Part shown: positions 1 through 12,700 of the stretch, in pieces
How positions within the stretch are numbered: the first letter of the stretch is position 1
Layout of the letters: every line of letters begins with the position of its first letter
From: Mayamaea pseudoterrestris
Taxonomy: Eukaryota
Length of the DNA: 64,000 nucleotides
NCBI GenBank assembly: GCA_027923505.1
Contig: BROI01000004.1
Span: forward strand, 186,001 to 250,000
Reading direction: 5' to 3'
Made by a program: the position numbers and the translations under genes
Notes under the pieces: model-generated
The model's database searches: none
Told to the model about the DNA's origin: nothing
The model's input: only the letters and a program-made list of their open reading frames with translations

Positions 1-3000
1 CATGTTTGCCACTGCTAGGTTGGTGTTCGGCAGTTGGGTAGTACATACCAGCAACTTCTGCGGATCTGGAAGCAGGCAACATGCAGGAGGCAAATGCACA
101 AAGTGAATGCACTATACAATATCCATTTGTGACCTTGGATCATGCCCCAAGCCAGTTTACAAAGAGATTGTGGGGATCTGATGTTTGCCACTGCTAGGGT
201 AGGCAGTCACATAGTACCTGCTAACTGAAGCTGCTGACCTGAAGGCAAAAGGCAAGCAGGAGGCTGATGCGCAAAACAAATTCACCAAGGAGGTATGTCT
301 TGTGCCCTCGGATCATGCACAGTGGCTGTACGCATAGAGTGTGTGGGCACTTCATGTTTGCCACTGCTAGGTTGGTGTTCGGCAGTTGGGTAGTACATAC
401 CAGCAACTTCTGCGGATCTGGAAGCAGGCAACATGCAGGAGGCAAATGCACAAAGTGAATGCACTATACAATATCCATTTGTGACCTTGGATCATGCCCC
501 AAGCCAGTTTACAAAGAGATTGTGGGGATCTGATGTTTGCCACTGCTAGGGTAGGCAGTCACAGAACCTGCTAACTGAAGCGGCTGGGGGGGGAAACCTG
601 AAGGCAAAAGGCAAGCAGGAGGCTGATGCGCAAAACAAATTCACCAAGGAGGTATGTCTTGTGCCCTCGGATCATGCACAGTGGCTGTACGCATAGAGTG
701 TGTGGGCACTTCATGTTTGCCACTGCTAGGTTGGTGTTCGGCAGTTGGGTAGTACATACCAGCAACTTCTGCGGATCTGGAAGCAGGCAACATGCAGGAG
801 GCAAATGCACAAAGTGAATGCACTATACAATATCCATTTGTGACCTTGGATCATGCCCCAAGCCAGTTTACAAAGAGATTGTGGGGATCTGATGTTTGCC
901 ACTGCTAGGGTAGGCAGTCACATAGTACCTGCTAACTGAAGCTGCTGACCTGAAGGCAAAAGGCAAGCAGGAGGCTGATGCGCAAAACAAATTCACCAAG
1001 GAGGTATGTCTTGTGCCCTTGGATCATGCACAGTGGCTGTACGCATAGAGTGTGTGGGCACTTCATGTTTGCCACTGCTAGGTTGGTGTTCGGCAGTTGG
1101 GTAGTACATACCAGCAACTTCTGCGGATCTGGAAGCAGGCAACATGCAGGAGGCAAATGCACAAAGTGAATGCACTATACAATATCCATTTGTGACCTTG
1201 GATCATGCCCCAAGCCAGTTTACAAAGAGATTGTGGGGATCTGATGTTTGCCACTGCTAGGGTAGGCAGTCACATAGTACCTGCTAAAGAAGCTGCTGAC
1301 CTGAAGGCAAAAGGCAAGCAGGAGGCTGATGCGCAAAACAAATTCACCAAGGAGGTACGTCTTGTGCCCTCTGATCATGCACAGTGGCTGTACGCATAGA
1401 GTGTGTGGGCACTTCATGTTTGCCACTGCTAGGTTGGTGTTCGGCAGTTGGGTAGTACATACCAGCAACTTCTGCGGATCTGGAAGCAGGCAACATGCAG
1501 GAGGCAAATGCACAAAGTGAATGCACTATACAATATCCATTTGTGACCTTGGATCATGCCCCAAGCCAGTTTACAAAGAGATTGTGGGGATCTGATGTTT
1601 GCCACTGCTAGGGTAGGCAGTCACATCGTACCTGCTAACTGAAGCTGCTGACCTGATGGCAAGAGGCAAGCAGGAGGCTGATGCGCAAAACAAATTCACC
1701 AAGGAGGTATGTCTTGTGCCCTTGGATCATGCACAGTGGCTGTACGCATAAGTTTTGTGTGGGCACTTCATGTTTGCCACTGCTAGGTTGGTGTTCGGCA
1801 GTTGGGTAGTACATACCAGCAACTTCTGCGGATCTGGAAGCAGGCAACATGCAGGAGGCAAATGCACAAAGTGAATGCACTATACAATATCCATTTGTGA
1901 CCTTGGATCATGCCCCAAGCCAGTTTACAAAGAGATTGTGGGGATCTGATGTTTGCCACTGCTAGGGTAGGCAGTCACATAGTACCTGCTAAAGAAGCTG
2001 CTGACCTGAAGGCAAAAGGCAAGTAGGAGGCTGATGCGCAAAACGAATTCACCAAGGAGGTACGTCTTGTGCCCTCTGATCATGCACAGTGGCTGTACGC
2101 ATAGAGTGTGTGGGCACTTCATGTTTGCCACTGCTAGGTTGTTGTTTGGCAGTTGGGTAGTACATACCAGCAACTTCTGCGGATCTGGAAGCAGGCAACA
2201 TGCAGGAGGCAAATGCACAAATTGAATGCACTATACAATATCCATTTGTGACCTTGGATCATGCCCCAAGCCAGTTTACAAAGAGATTGTGGGGATCTGA
2301 TGTTTGCCACTGCTAGGGTAGGCAGTCACATCGTACCTGCTAACTGAAGCTGCTGACCTGATGGCAAGAGGCAAGCAGGAGGCTGATGCGCAAAACAAAT
2401 TCACCAAGGAGGTATGTCTTGTGCCCTCGGATCATGCACAGTGGCTGTACGCATAGAGTGTGTGGGCACTTCATGTTTGCCACTGCTAGGTTGGTGTTCG
2501 GCAGTTGGGTAGTACATACCAGCAACTTCTGCGGATCTGGAAGCAGGCACCATGCAGGAGGCAATTGCACAAAGTGAATGCACTATACAATATCCATTTG
2601 TGACCTTGGATCATGCCCCAAGCCAGTTTACAAAGAGATTGTGGGGATCTGATGTTTGCCCCTGCTAGGGTAGGCAGTCACATAGTACCTGCTAACTGAA
2701 GCTGCTGACCTGAAGGCAAAAGGCAAGCAGGAGGCTGATGCGCAAAACAAATTCACCAAGGAGGTATGTCTTGTGCCCTCGGATCATGCACAGTGGCGGT
2801 ACGCATAAGTTTTGTGTGGGCACTTCATGTTTGCCACTGCTAGGTTGGTGTTCGGCAGTTGGGTAGTACATACCAGCAACTTCTGCGGATCTGGAAGCAG
2901 GCAACATGCAGGAGGCAAATGCACAAAGTGAATGCACTGTACAATATCCATTTGTGACCTTGGATCATGCCCCATGCCAGTTAACAAAGAGATTGTGGGG

Positions 3001-5790
3001 ATCTGATGTTTGCCACTGCTAGGGTAGGCAGTCACATAGTACCTGCTAACTGAAGCTGCTGACCTGAAGGCAAAAGGCAAGCAGGAGGCTGATGCGCAAA
3101 ACAAATTCACCAAGGAGGTATGTCTTGTGCCCTCGGATCATGCACAGTGGCTGTACGCATAGAGTGTGTGGGCACTTCATGTTTGCCACTGCTAGGTTGG
3201 TGTTCGGCAGTTGGGTAGTACATACCAGCAACTTCTGCGGATCTGGAAGCAGGCAACATGCAGGAGGCAAATGCACAAAGTGAATGCACTATACAATATC
3301 CATTTGTGACCTTGGATCATGCCCCAAGCCAGTTTACAAAGAGATTGTGGGGATCTGATGTTTGCCACTGCTAGGGTAGGCAGTCACATAGTACCTGCTA
3401 ACTGAAGCTGCTGACCTGAAGGCAAAAGGCAAGCAGGAGGCTGATGCGCAAAACAAATTCACCAAGGAGGTATGTCTTGTGCCCTCGGATCATGCACAGT
3501 GGCTGTACGCATAAGTTTTGTGTGGGCACTTCATGTTTGCCACTGCTAGGTTGGTGTTCGGCAGTTGGGTAGTACATACCAGCAACTTCTGCGGATCTGG
3601 AAGCAGGCAACATGCAGGAGGCAAATGCACAAAGTGAATGCACTATACAATATCCATTTGTGACCTTGGATCATGCCCCAAGCCAGTTTACAAAGAGATT
3701 GTGGGGATCTGATGTTTGCCACTGCTAGGGTAGGCAGTCACATAGTACCTGCTAACTGAAGCTGCTGACCTGAAGGCAAAAGGCAAGCAGGAGGCTGATG
3801 CGCAAAACAAATTCACCAAGGAGGTATGTCTTGCGCCCTCGGATCATGCACAGTGGCTGTACGCATAGAGTGTGTGGGCACTTCATGTTTGCCACTGCTA
3901 GGTTGGTGTTCGGCAGTTGGGTAGTACATACCAGCAACTTCTGCGGATCTGGAAGCAGGCAACATGCAGGAGGCAAATGCACAAAGTGAATGCACTATAC
4001 AATATCCATTTGTGACCTTGGATCATGCCCCAAGCCAGTTTACAAAGAGATTGTGGGGATCTGATGTTTGCCACTGCTAGGGTAGGCAGTCACATAGTAC
4101 CTGCTAACTGAAGCTGCTGACCTGAAGGCAAAAGGCAAGCAGGAGGCTGATGCGCAAAACAAATTCACCAAGGAGGTATGTCTTGTGCCCTCGGATCATG
4201 CACAGTGGCTGTACGCATAGAGTGTGTGGGCACTTCATGTTTGCCACTGCTAGGTTGGTGTTCGGCAGTTGGGTAGTACATACCAGCAACTTCTGCGGAT
4301 CTGGAAGCAGGCAACATGCAGGAGGCAAATGCACAAAGTGAATGCACTATACAATATCCATTTGTGACCTTGGATCATGCCCCAAGCCAGTTTACAAAGA
4401 GATTGTGGGGATCTGATGTTTGCCACTGCTAGGGTAGGCAGTCACATAGTACCTGCTAAAGAAGCTGCTGACCTGAAGGCAAAAGGCAAGCAGGAGGCTG
4501 ATGCGCAAAACGAATTCACCAAGGAGGTATGTCTTGTGCCCTCGGATCATGCACAGTGGCTGTACGCATAGAGTGTGTGGGCACTTCATGTTTGCCACGG
4601 CTAGGTTGGTGTTCGGCAGTTGGGTAGTACATACCAGCAACTTCTGCGGCCAGTCCTTTGTCCTAGCCAACATACCGGCCTGCTGTCATCCAGCTCATCT
4701 AGGCAGCTAGCTAGTTGTGTTTGCCATTGCTAGGTTGGTGTTCGGCAGTTGGGTAGTACATACCAGCAAGTTCTACGATCTGGTAGCAGGCAACATGTTG
4801 GAGGCAAATGCACAAAGTGAATGCACTATACAATATCCATTTGTGACCTTGGATCATGCCCCAAGCCAGTTTACAAAGAGATTGTGGGGATCTGATGTTT
4901 GCCACTGCTAGGGTAGGCAGTCACATAGTACCTGCTAACTGAAGCTGCTGACCTGAAGGCAAAAGGCAAGCAGGGAAAAAACCAAGAGCTTGCGCAACAA
5001 CCCAGTTGCCCTCATGCACAGTGGCTGTACGCATAGAGTGTGTGGGCACTCGTTTTGCCACCGTTGGTTTCGACATTGGTAGAACATACCACAACTGCTA
5101 TCTGGAAGCAGGCAACCTGCAGGAGGCAAATGCACATAGTGATTGCACTATACAATACCGATGTGCCCAACCCTACAAAGAGATTGTGAGGATCTGATGT
5201 TTTGCCACTGCTAGGGTAGGCATTCACATAGTACCTGCTAATTGAAGCTGCTGACCTGAAGGCAAAAAGGCAAGCAGGAGCTGATGCGCAAAACAATTCA
5301 CCAAGGAGGTTCTTGCGTATGGATCATGCACAGTCGGCTGCACGCATAAGTTTTGTGTGGAGCGCCATGTTGCCACTGCTAGGTTGGTGTTAGACCGGTT
5401 GGGTAGTACATACCAGCAACTTCTGCGGATCTGGAAGCGCAGCTACGGGAGCAAATGCACAAAGTGAATGCACTAAACAATATCCACTTGTGACCTTGGA
5501 GCATGCCCCAAGCCAGTTTACAAATAGATTGTGGGGGTCTGGTGTTTGCCACTGCAAGGGTAGGCAGTCACATAGTACCTGCTAACTGAAGCTGCTGACC
5601 TGAAGGCAAAAGGCAAGCAGGAGGCTGATGCGCAAACAAATTCACCAAGGAGGTGTCTTGCGCCTCGGATCATGCACAGTGACTGTGCGCATAGAGTGTG
5701 TGGGCACTTCATGTTTGCCACTGCTAAGGTTGGTGTTCCAGTTGGGTAGTACCTTACCAGCAGCTTCTGCGTCTGGAAGCTGACGCTGCC
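1..5790 (+). repeat. Satellite A, tandem 352-bp unit (dimer of ~179+173 bp subunits), ~16 copies, runs off the window start
   Basis: catgtttgccactgctaggttgg at 1 recurs at 353 and onward. Related gatgtttgccactgctagggtagg at 180 marks the internal subunit. Copies degrade after ~4970. Confidence 0.97.
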
Positions 5791-6821
5791 TGGGAAGGCC
5801 CGTGGGCTGAGGTACCACTTCGAGAATGCGAGCAGGGTGCGCAGCGAGGCGACATGCCACGACGCGAAAGTCGGCGAGAAAAGTGTGCACGGCGGGCTTC
5901 AGGTGAAGTCACCCCGAGTGCTTGAGGGGGTGGCGGAAGGCCTCTTGTAGCAGACTGAAGAGTCCGTGTACGCCAGGCAAGGCGAGCGACATGGAGCGCA
6001 GCTCTCAGCGGGTGCTGCGTGAGGATTGGTGAGCAAGGTTCGTGTGCCTGCAACCGTGTCGATGTCCCACCCCAGTATAGTCTTCCGAGTGGACCACGTG
6101 CCATCGCCTTTGCGTAACTTCTTTACCGAGATGGGCTCCTGTTGATGTGGATTGTCAGTTGGGAGCAGTGGATGGAACACCGTGTCGAGCGCGTGGAAGA
6201 GATCGCGGCGTAGCTGGCGCTGGCGTGGACGGCCGCCTTGGCACAGTCCAATGAAGTCATCGACGTACACATCGTGGTGGCCGACCGGTCGTTGAAAATA
6301 TGTCGCTGTCGATGTGACTGGGAGCGGCATCGTGTCCGGAATCGTGTCATCGCATGGTGCGTTGGGCCCCGGCGCTGGGAGCGTGTCGGCTTCACCCTCC
6401 AGCCGGTGCGGCGTGGTGTTGTGGCATGGCGTGGCGTTGGCGATGTCGGCGATCATCTCGGTGGCCGACGTGAAGAATGGTGGCGAGTGTAGACTATGTT
6501 TTCTTGCCGGACTCACGGGAAGAGGATGCCCATCTGGTGGTCGGGCTCCGAGACAACGAGGATTGGCGCGCGCGATGTTGTACATGATTCGGTGCAAGGC
6601 CCGACCGAATTGCATCGACTCGAATGGTGTGATCGGCACGGACTCGTCATTTACACCGAAGAAACTGTAGTCCACGATTGTGCGTGGTCGTCATTCGCGT
6701 TGCTCCACGGCGCCCACGGGGCTGAGTCGCAAGTCGGGCAAGTGGGCGACGGAACTCGCTGGTACCACGATCCAGTGCCCCTTGTGTATCATGTCGGTGA
6801 ACTCTTCGCGTAGAAAGGCCT
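5791..6821 (-). pseudogene. Frameshifted reverse transcriptase fragment of a DIRS/tyrosine-recombinase-type retrotransposon
   Basis: Minus-strand peptides EEFTDMIHKGHWIVVP...LRLSPVGAVEQRE, DYSFFGVN...MQFGRALHRI, YVDDFIG and ISVKKLRKGDGTWSTRKTILGWDIDT, split across frames. Superfamily assigned by motif recall. Confidence 0.7.
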
Positions 6822-7965
6822 GATATTGCCATCCCCTGAGACACCAGTCAAGCCTACCATCTAGTAGCGCAGCCTGAAGAATGATGTTGGCACCATTCTG
6901 GTGTATGTTGGGCACCCACAGGGCTTGCTGTAGGGGCATTTAAATGTCACGGCATCTGTGGGCTGAGACTGGTGACAAGTTGTCACTAAATACATTGCCA
7001 TCCCCTGAGACACCAGCCAAGCCTACCATCTTGTAGCGCAGCCTAAAAAAAGAGGTTCACATCATTTTGGTGTAATTTGGGCACCTACCGGGCCTGCTGT
7101 AGGGGCATTTGAATGTCACAGCATCTGCAGGCTGAGACTGGTGACAAGCTGTCACCAAATACATTGCCATCCCCTGAGACACCAGTCAAGCCAACCATCT
7201 TGTATCGTAGCCTAAATAATGATGTTGGCTTCATTTTGGTGTAATTTGGGCACCTACAGGGCTTGCTGTAGGGGCATTTGAAAGTCATGGCATCTGCGGG
7301 CTGAGACAGGCAACAAGTTGTCACCAAATACATTGCCATCCCCTGATACACCAGTCAAGACAAATCATCTTGTAGCGCAGCCTGAAAAATGATGTTGGCT
7401 CCATTTTGGTGTAATTTGGGCATCTACCGGGCCTGCTGTAGGGGCATTTGAATGTCACAGCATCTGCAGGCTGAGACTGGTGACAAGTTGTCACCAAATA
7501 CATTGCCATCCCCTGAGACACCAGTCAAGCCATCCATCTTGTAGCGTAGCCTGAATAATGATGTTGGCTCCACTTTGGTGTAATTTGGGCACCTACAGGG
7601 CTTGCTGTAGGGGCATTTGAATGTCACAGCATCTGCGGGCTGAGACTGGTGACAAGTTGTCACCAAATACATTGCCATCCCCTGAGACACCAGTCAAGCC
7701 AACCATCGTGTAGCTCAGCCTAAAAAATGAGATTCGCAGCATTTTGGTGTAATGTGGGCACCTACCGGGCCTGCTGTAGGGGCATTTGAATGTCACAGCA
7801 TCTGCAGGCTGAGACTGGTGACAAGCTGTCACCAAATACATTGCCATCCCCTGAGACACCAATCAAGCCAACCATCTTGTAGCGCAGCCTGCATAATGAT
7901 GTTGGCTCCATTTTGGTGTAATTTGGGCACCTACAGGGCTTGCTGTAGGGGCATTTGAATTTCAC
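6822..7965 (+). repeat. Satellite B, 169-bp tandem unit (left, more diverged block, ~7 copies)
   Basis: ttgccatcccctgagacaccag and tggtgacaagttgtcacca recur every ~169 bp. Confidence 0.95.
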
Positions 7966-9768
7966 GGAAAATGCGGAGTTTCAGTGGCAGCCTACGTGCA
8001 AAAGCATAATCTTCTCAACAAGGATGGATGGGCATCATTGAATTGATGGGCCCGGAACGCCAAGAAGGTTGCGCGCAAGGTGGCAACCGCCCGAATGGAG
8101 CAGCAGAAGAACGGACCGCGCTACAAGTTTGGAGTCCAAGTACCCCGAGATTGGAAGGAGGCGCGACGTTTGCAGGAAGCTGCAGGGCACATGAAGTGGA
8201 TGGATGCGGAAGGCGTGGAGCTTGCGAACCTGGATGAGTACGAGACGTTTCAATATCTCGGTCCGAGTTCCACCACAGCACCACCAACTGGTTACCAAAA
8301 GATCCGAGTCCATTTTGTGTACGATGTCAAGCACGATTTGCGATACAAGGCACGTCTCGTTGCAGGCGGCCACCCAATGAAAGACAATGATGATGCCTAC
8401 TCCAGTGTTATCTCATTGAAGGCAATGCGTCTAGCTCTCGTCATTGGAGAAGCGAACAGCAAGAAGTGCATGGTCGGCAACATTGGGAATGCTTATCTTG
8501 AAGCGTTCACCAAGGAGAAGGTATACTTCGTTGGAGGCCCCAAGTTCGGGGAGCGCGAAGGACACATCCTGGTCATCATCAAGGCTTTGTACAGATTGCG
8601 AACGAGCGGAGCACGATTTCACGAACGCCTAGCCGATGCCCTACTTGCGGAAGGGTGAAAGCCATCCTATTGCGATTCCGATCTGTGGATCAAGGACGCC
8701 GGCGACAGCTACGACTACCTCTGTGTATGGGTCGATGATCTGTTGAATATTTCAGACGATCCAGCAGCGTTCTTCAAGATGCTAGAGGAGAAGTACAAGT
8801 TTAAGCTCAAAGGTGTTGGACATCCCAAGTATCATCTCGGCGGTGACTTTGGATGAGACCCTGACGGAACTCTTTACTGGTCAGCCAAGTCCTACGTTGC
8901 GAAACTCTTGGCGCAGTACGAGCGTTTGTTTGAAGGTCCTCCGAAGAAGTATACATCACCAATCGACAAAGACGACCATCCCGAACTTGACCAAAGTGAA
9001 CTACTGAACGTCCAAGAGAAGAAGATTTACCAGTCTCTAGTCGGAGCACTTCAGTGGGTGATTACTTTGGGACGATTTGACATTGCCGTAGCAGTTGTGA
9101 GTCTGTCGTGATTCCGTGTGGAGCCGCGCAAGGGACACCTGCAGCGGGTGAAGTGAGTCTGTGGATATTTGCGAGAGTTACCGGACGCAGCAATCCGTTT
9201 CCGTACAAAGTGGCCAGCCAACGAGGAGCACTTCGGTACCATGGAGGAACAAGATTGGGAGCGCAGCATTTACGGGAAGGACGGAGTTGATGAGATGTTG
9301 GATGTCTACCCACCGCCAAAGGGTGTGACTGTGCGAACATCAACTTTTGAGGATGCATGTCTCATGCGCAAGTCATTGGAAGGAGTTTTGTCATTTGTCA
9401 ACCAGACGCCTGTCGACTGGCATTGCAAACTCCAGGCTACAGTCGAGACTGCGACCTTCGAATCGGAATTCGGCGTAGCAAAGAGTGGAACGGATATCAG
9501 CATTTCTCTACGTGCGTCGCTCATGGCTATGGGCGTACCATTGGAGAAGTCTGCCTGGATGTACGGAGACAACCAAGCAGTGATTACACAATCTACAACC
9601 CCGAGTTCGACGTTGTCCAAGCGACACAACGCGTTGGCCTACCATTGTGTTCGTTGGGCAGTTGCTGCGGGGATTATCAAGTTTGTGAAGATTGACGGAA
9701 AGGAGAACACTGCGGACGTACTTACCAAGTACCTGCCGTACTGTGATGCGATGCCATTGCTCAAGCCA
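7966..9768 (+). pseudogene. Degenerate Ty1/copia (CoDi-like) RT-RNase H fragment, a different family from the young element
   Basis: YKFGVQVPR, VYDVKHDLRYKARLVAGGH, WVDDL, QATVETATFESEF, NTADVLTK. In-frame stops at 8656, 8854, 9109 and 9154. No LTRs. Confidence 0.93.
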
Positions 9769-12700
9769 AATACATCGCCTTGCCCTGAGACACCAGTCAA
9801 GCAAACCAACTTGTAGCGCAGCCACAATAATGATGTTGGCACCATTCTGGTGTATTTTGGGCACCTACAGGGCTTGCTGTAGGGTAGTTTGAATGTCACG
9901 ACATCTGCAGGCTGAGACTGGTGACAAGTTGTCACCAAATACATTGCCATCCCCTGAGACACTAGCCAAGCCTACCATCTTGTAGCGCAGCCTGAATAAT
10001 GATGTTGGCACCATTCTGGTGTATTTTGGGCACCTACAGGGCTTGCTGTAGGGGGGTTTGAATGTCACGGCATCTGCGGGCTGAGATTGGTGACAAGTTG
10101 TCACCAAATACATTGCCATGCCCTGAGACACCAGCCAAGCCTACCATCTTGTAGCGCAGCCTGCATAATGATGTTGGCACCATTCTGGTGTATTTTGGGC
10201 ACCTACAGGGCTTGCTGTAGGGGCATTTGAATGTCATGGCATCTGCTGGCTGAGACTGGTGACAAATTGTCACCAAATACATTGCCATGCCCTGAGACAC
10301 CCGCCAAGCCTACCATCTTGTAGCGCAGCCTGAATTATGATGTTGGCACCATTCTGGTGTATTTTGGGCACCTACAGGGCTTGCTGTAGGGGAGTTTGAA
10401 TGTCACAACATCTGCGGGCTGAGACTGGTGACAAGTTGTCACCAAATACATTGCCATCCCCTGAGACACTGACCAAGCCTACCATCTTGTAGCGCAGCCT
10501 GAATTATGATGTTGGCACCATTCTGGTGTATTTTGGGCACCTACAGGGCTTCCTGTAGGGGAGTTTGAATGTCACAACATCTGCGGGCTGAGACTGGTGA
10601 CAAGTTGTCACCAAATACATTGCCATCCCCTGAGACACTGACCAAGCCTACCATCTTGTAGCGCAGCCTGAATAATGGTGTTGGCACCATTCTGGTGTAT
10701 TTTGGGCACCTACAGCGCTTGCTGTAGGGGCGTTTGAATGTCACGGCACCTGCGGGCTGAGACTGGTGACAAGTTGTCACCAAATACATTGCCATCCCCT
10801 GAGACACTGACCAAGCCTACCATCTTGTAGCGCAGCCTGAATATTGGTGTTGGCACCATTCTGGTGTATTTTGGGCACCTACAGCGCTTGCTGTAGGGGC
10901 GTTTGAATGTCACGGCACCTGCGGGCTGAGACTGGTGACAAGTTGTCACCAAATACATTGCCATGCCCTGAGAAACCCGCCAAGCCTACCATCTTGTATT
11001 GCAGCCTGAATTATGATGTTGGCACCATTCTGGTGTATTTTGGGCACCTACAGGGCTTGCTGTAGGGGAGTTTGAATGTCACAACATCTGCGGGCTGAGA
11101 CTGGTGACAAGTTGTCACCAAATACATTGCCATCCCCTGAGACACTGACCAAGCCTACCATCTTGTAGCGCAGCCTGAATTATGATGTTGGCACCATTCT
11201 GGTGTATTTTGGGCACCTACAGGGCTTCCTGTAGGGGAGTTTGAATGTCACAACATCTGCGGGCTGAGACTGGTGACAAGTTGTCACCAAATACATTGCC
11301 ATCCCCTGAGACACTGACCAAGCCTACCATCTTGTAGCGCAGCCTGAATAATGGTGTTGGCACCATTCTGGTGTATTTTGGGCACCTACAGCGCTTGCTG
11401 TAGGGGCGTTTGAATGTCACGGCACCTGCGGGCTGAGACTGGTGACAAGTTGTCACCAAATACATTGCCATGCCCTGAGAAACCCGCCAAGCCTACCATG
11501 TTGTAGCGCAGCCTGAATGATGATGTTGGCACCATTCTGGTGTATTTTGGGCACCTACAGGGCTTGCTGTAGGGGCGTTTGAATGTCACGGCATCTGCGG
11601 GCTGAGACTGGTGACAAGTTGTCACCGAATACATTGCCATCCCCTGAGACACCAGCCAAGCCTACCATCTTGTAGCGCAGCCTGAATAATGATGTTGGCA
11701 CCATTCTGGTGTATTTTGGGCACCTACAGGGCCTGCTGTAGGGGCGTTTGAATGTCACGGCATCTGCGGGCTGAGACTGGTGACAAGTTGTCACCAAATA
11801 CATTGCCAAGCCCTGAGACACCAGCCAAGCCTACCATCTTGTAGCGCAGCCTGAATAATGATGTTGGCACCATTCTGGTGTATTTTGGGCACCTACAGCG
11901 CCTGCTGTAGGGGCGTTTGAATGTCACGGCATCTGCGGGCTGAGACTGGTGACAAGTTGTCACCAAATACAATGCCATCCCCTGAGACACCAGCCAAGCC
12001 TACCATCTTGTACAGCAGCATGAATAAGGATGTTGGCACCATTCTGGTGTATTTTGGGCACCTACAGGGCTTGCTGTAGGGGCATTTGAATGTCATGGCA
12101 TCTGCTGGCTGAGACTGGTGACAAGTTGTCACCAAATACATTGCCATGCCCTGAGACACTCGCCAAGCCTACCATCTTGTAGCGCAGCCTGAATTATAAT
12201 GTTGGCACCATTCTGGTGTATTTTGGGCACCTACAGGGCCTGCTGTAGGGGCGTTTGAATGTCACGGCATCTGCGGGCTGAGACTGGTGACAAGTTGTCA
12301 CCAAATACATTGCCATCCCCTGAGACACCAGCCAAGCCTACCATGTTGTAGCGCAGCCTGAATAATGATGTTGGCACCATTCTGGTGTATTTTGGGCACC
12401 TACAGCGCTTGCTGTAGGGGCGTTTGAATGTCACGGCACCTGCGGGCTGAGACTGGTGACAAGTTGTCACCAAATACATTGCCATGCCCTGAGAAACCCG
12501 CCAAGCCTACCATCTTGTATTGCAGCCTGAATTATGATGTTGGCACCATTCTGGTGTATTTTGGGCACCTACAGGGCTTGCTGTAGGGGAGTTTGAATGT
12601 CACAACATCTGCGGGCTGAGACTGGTGACAAGTTGTCACCAAATACATTGCCATCCCCTGAGACACTGACCAAGCCTACCATCTTGTAGCGCAGCCTGAA

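Noticed and set aside
1..5790. Retrozyme/hammerhead ribozyme in 170-350-bp tandem repeats
   Set aside because: Near-motifs such as ctgatgcgcaaaac(g/a)aat do not match the CUGANGA...GAAA core. I saw no convincing core by eye in any family; an Infernal scan would settle it.
4970..5790. Highly diverged satellite monomers, similar patches at ~580-600, 40235-40260, 40590-40655 and 46460-46510, and the 15840 frameshift
   Set aside because: Dense small indels next to junctions look like low-coverage consensus error rather than evolution.
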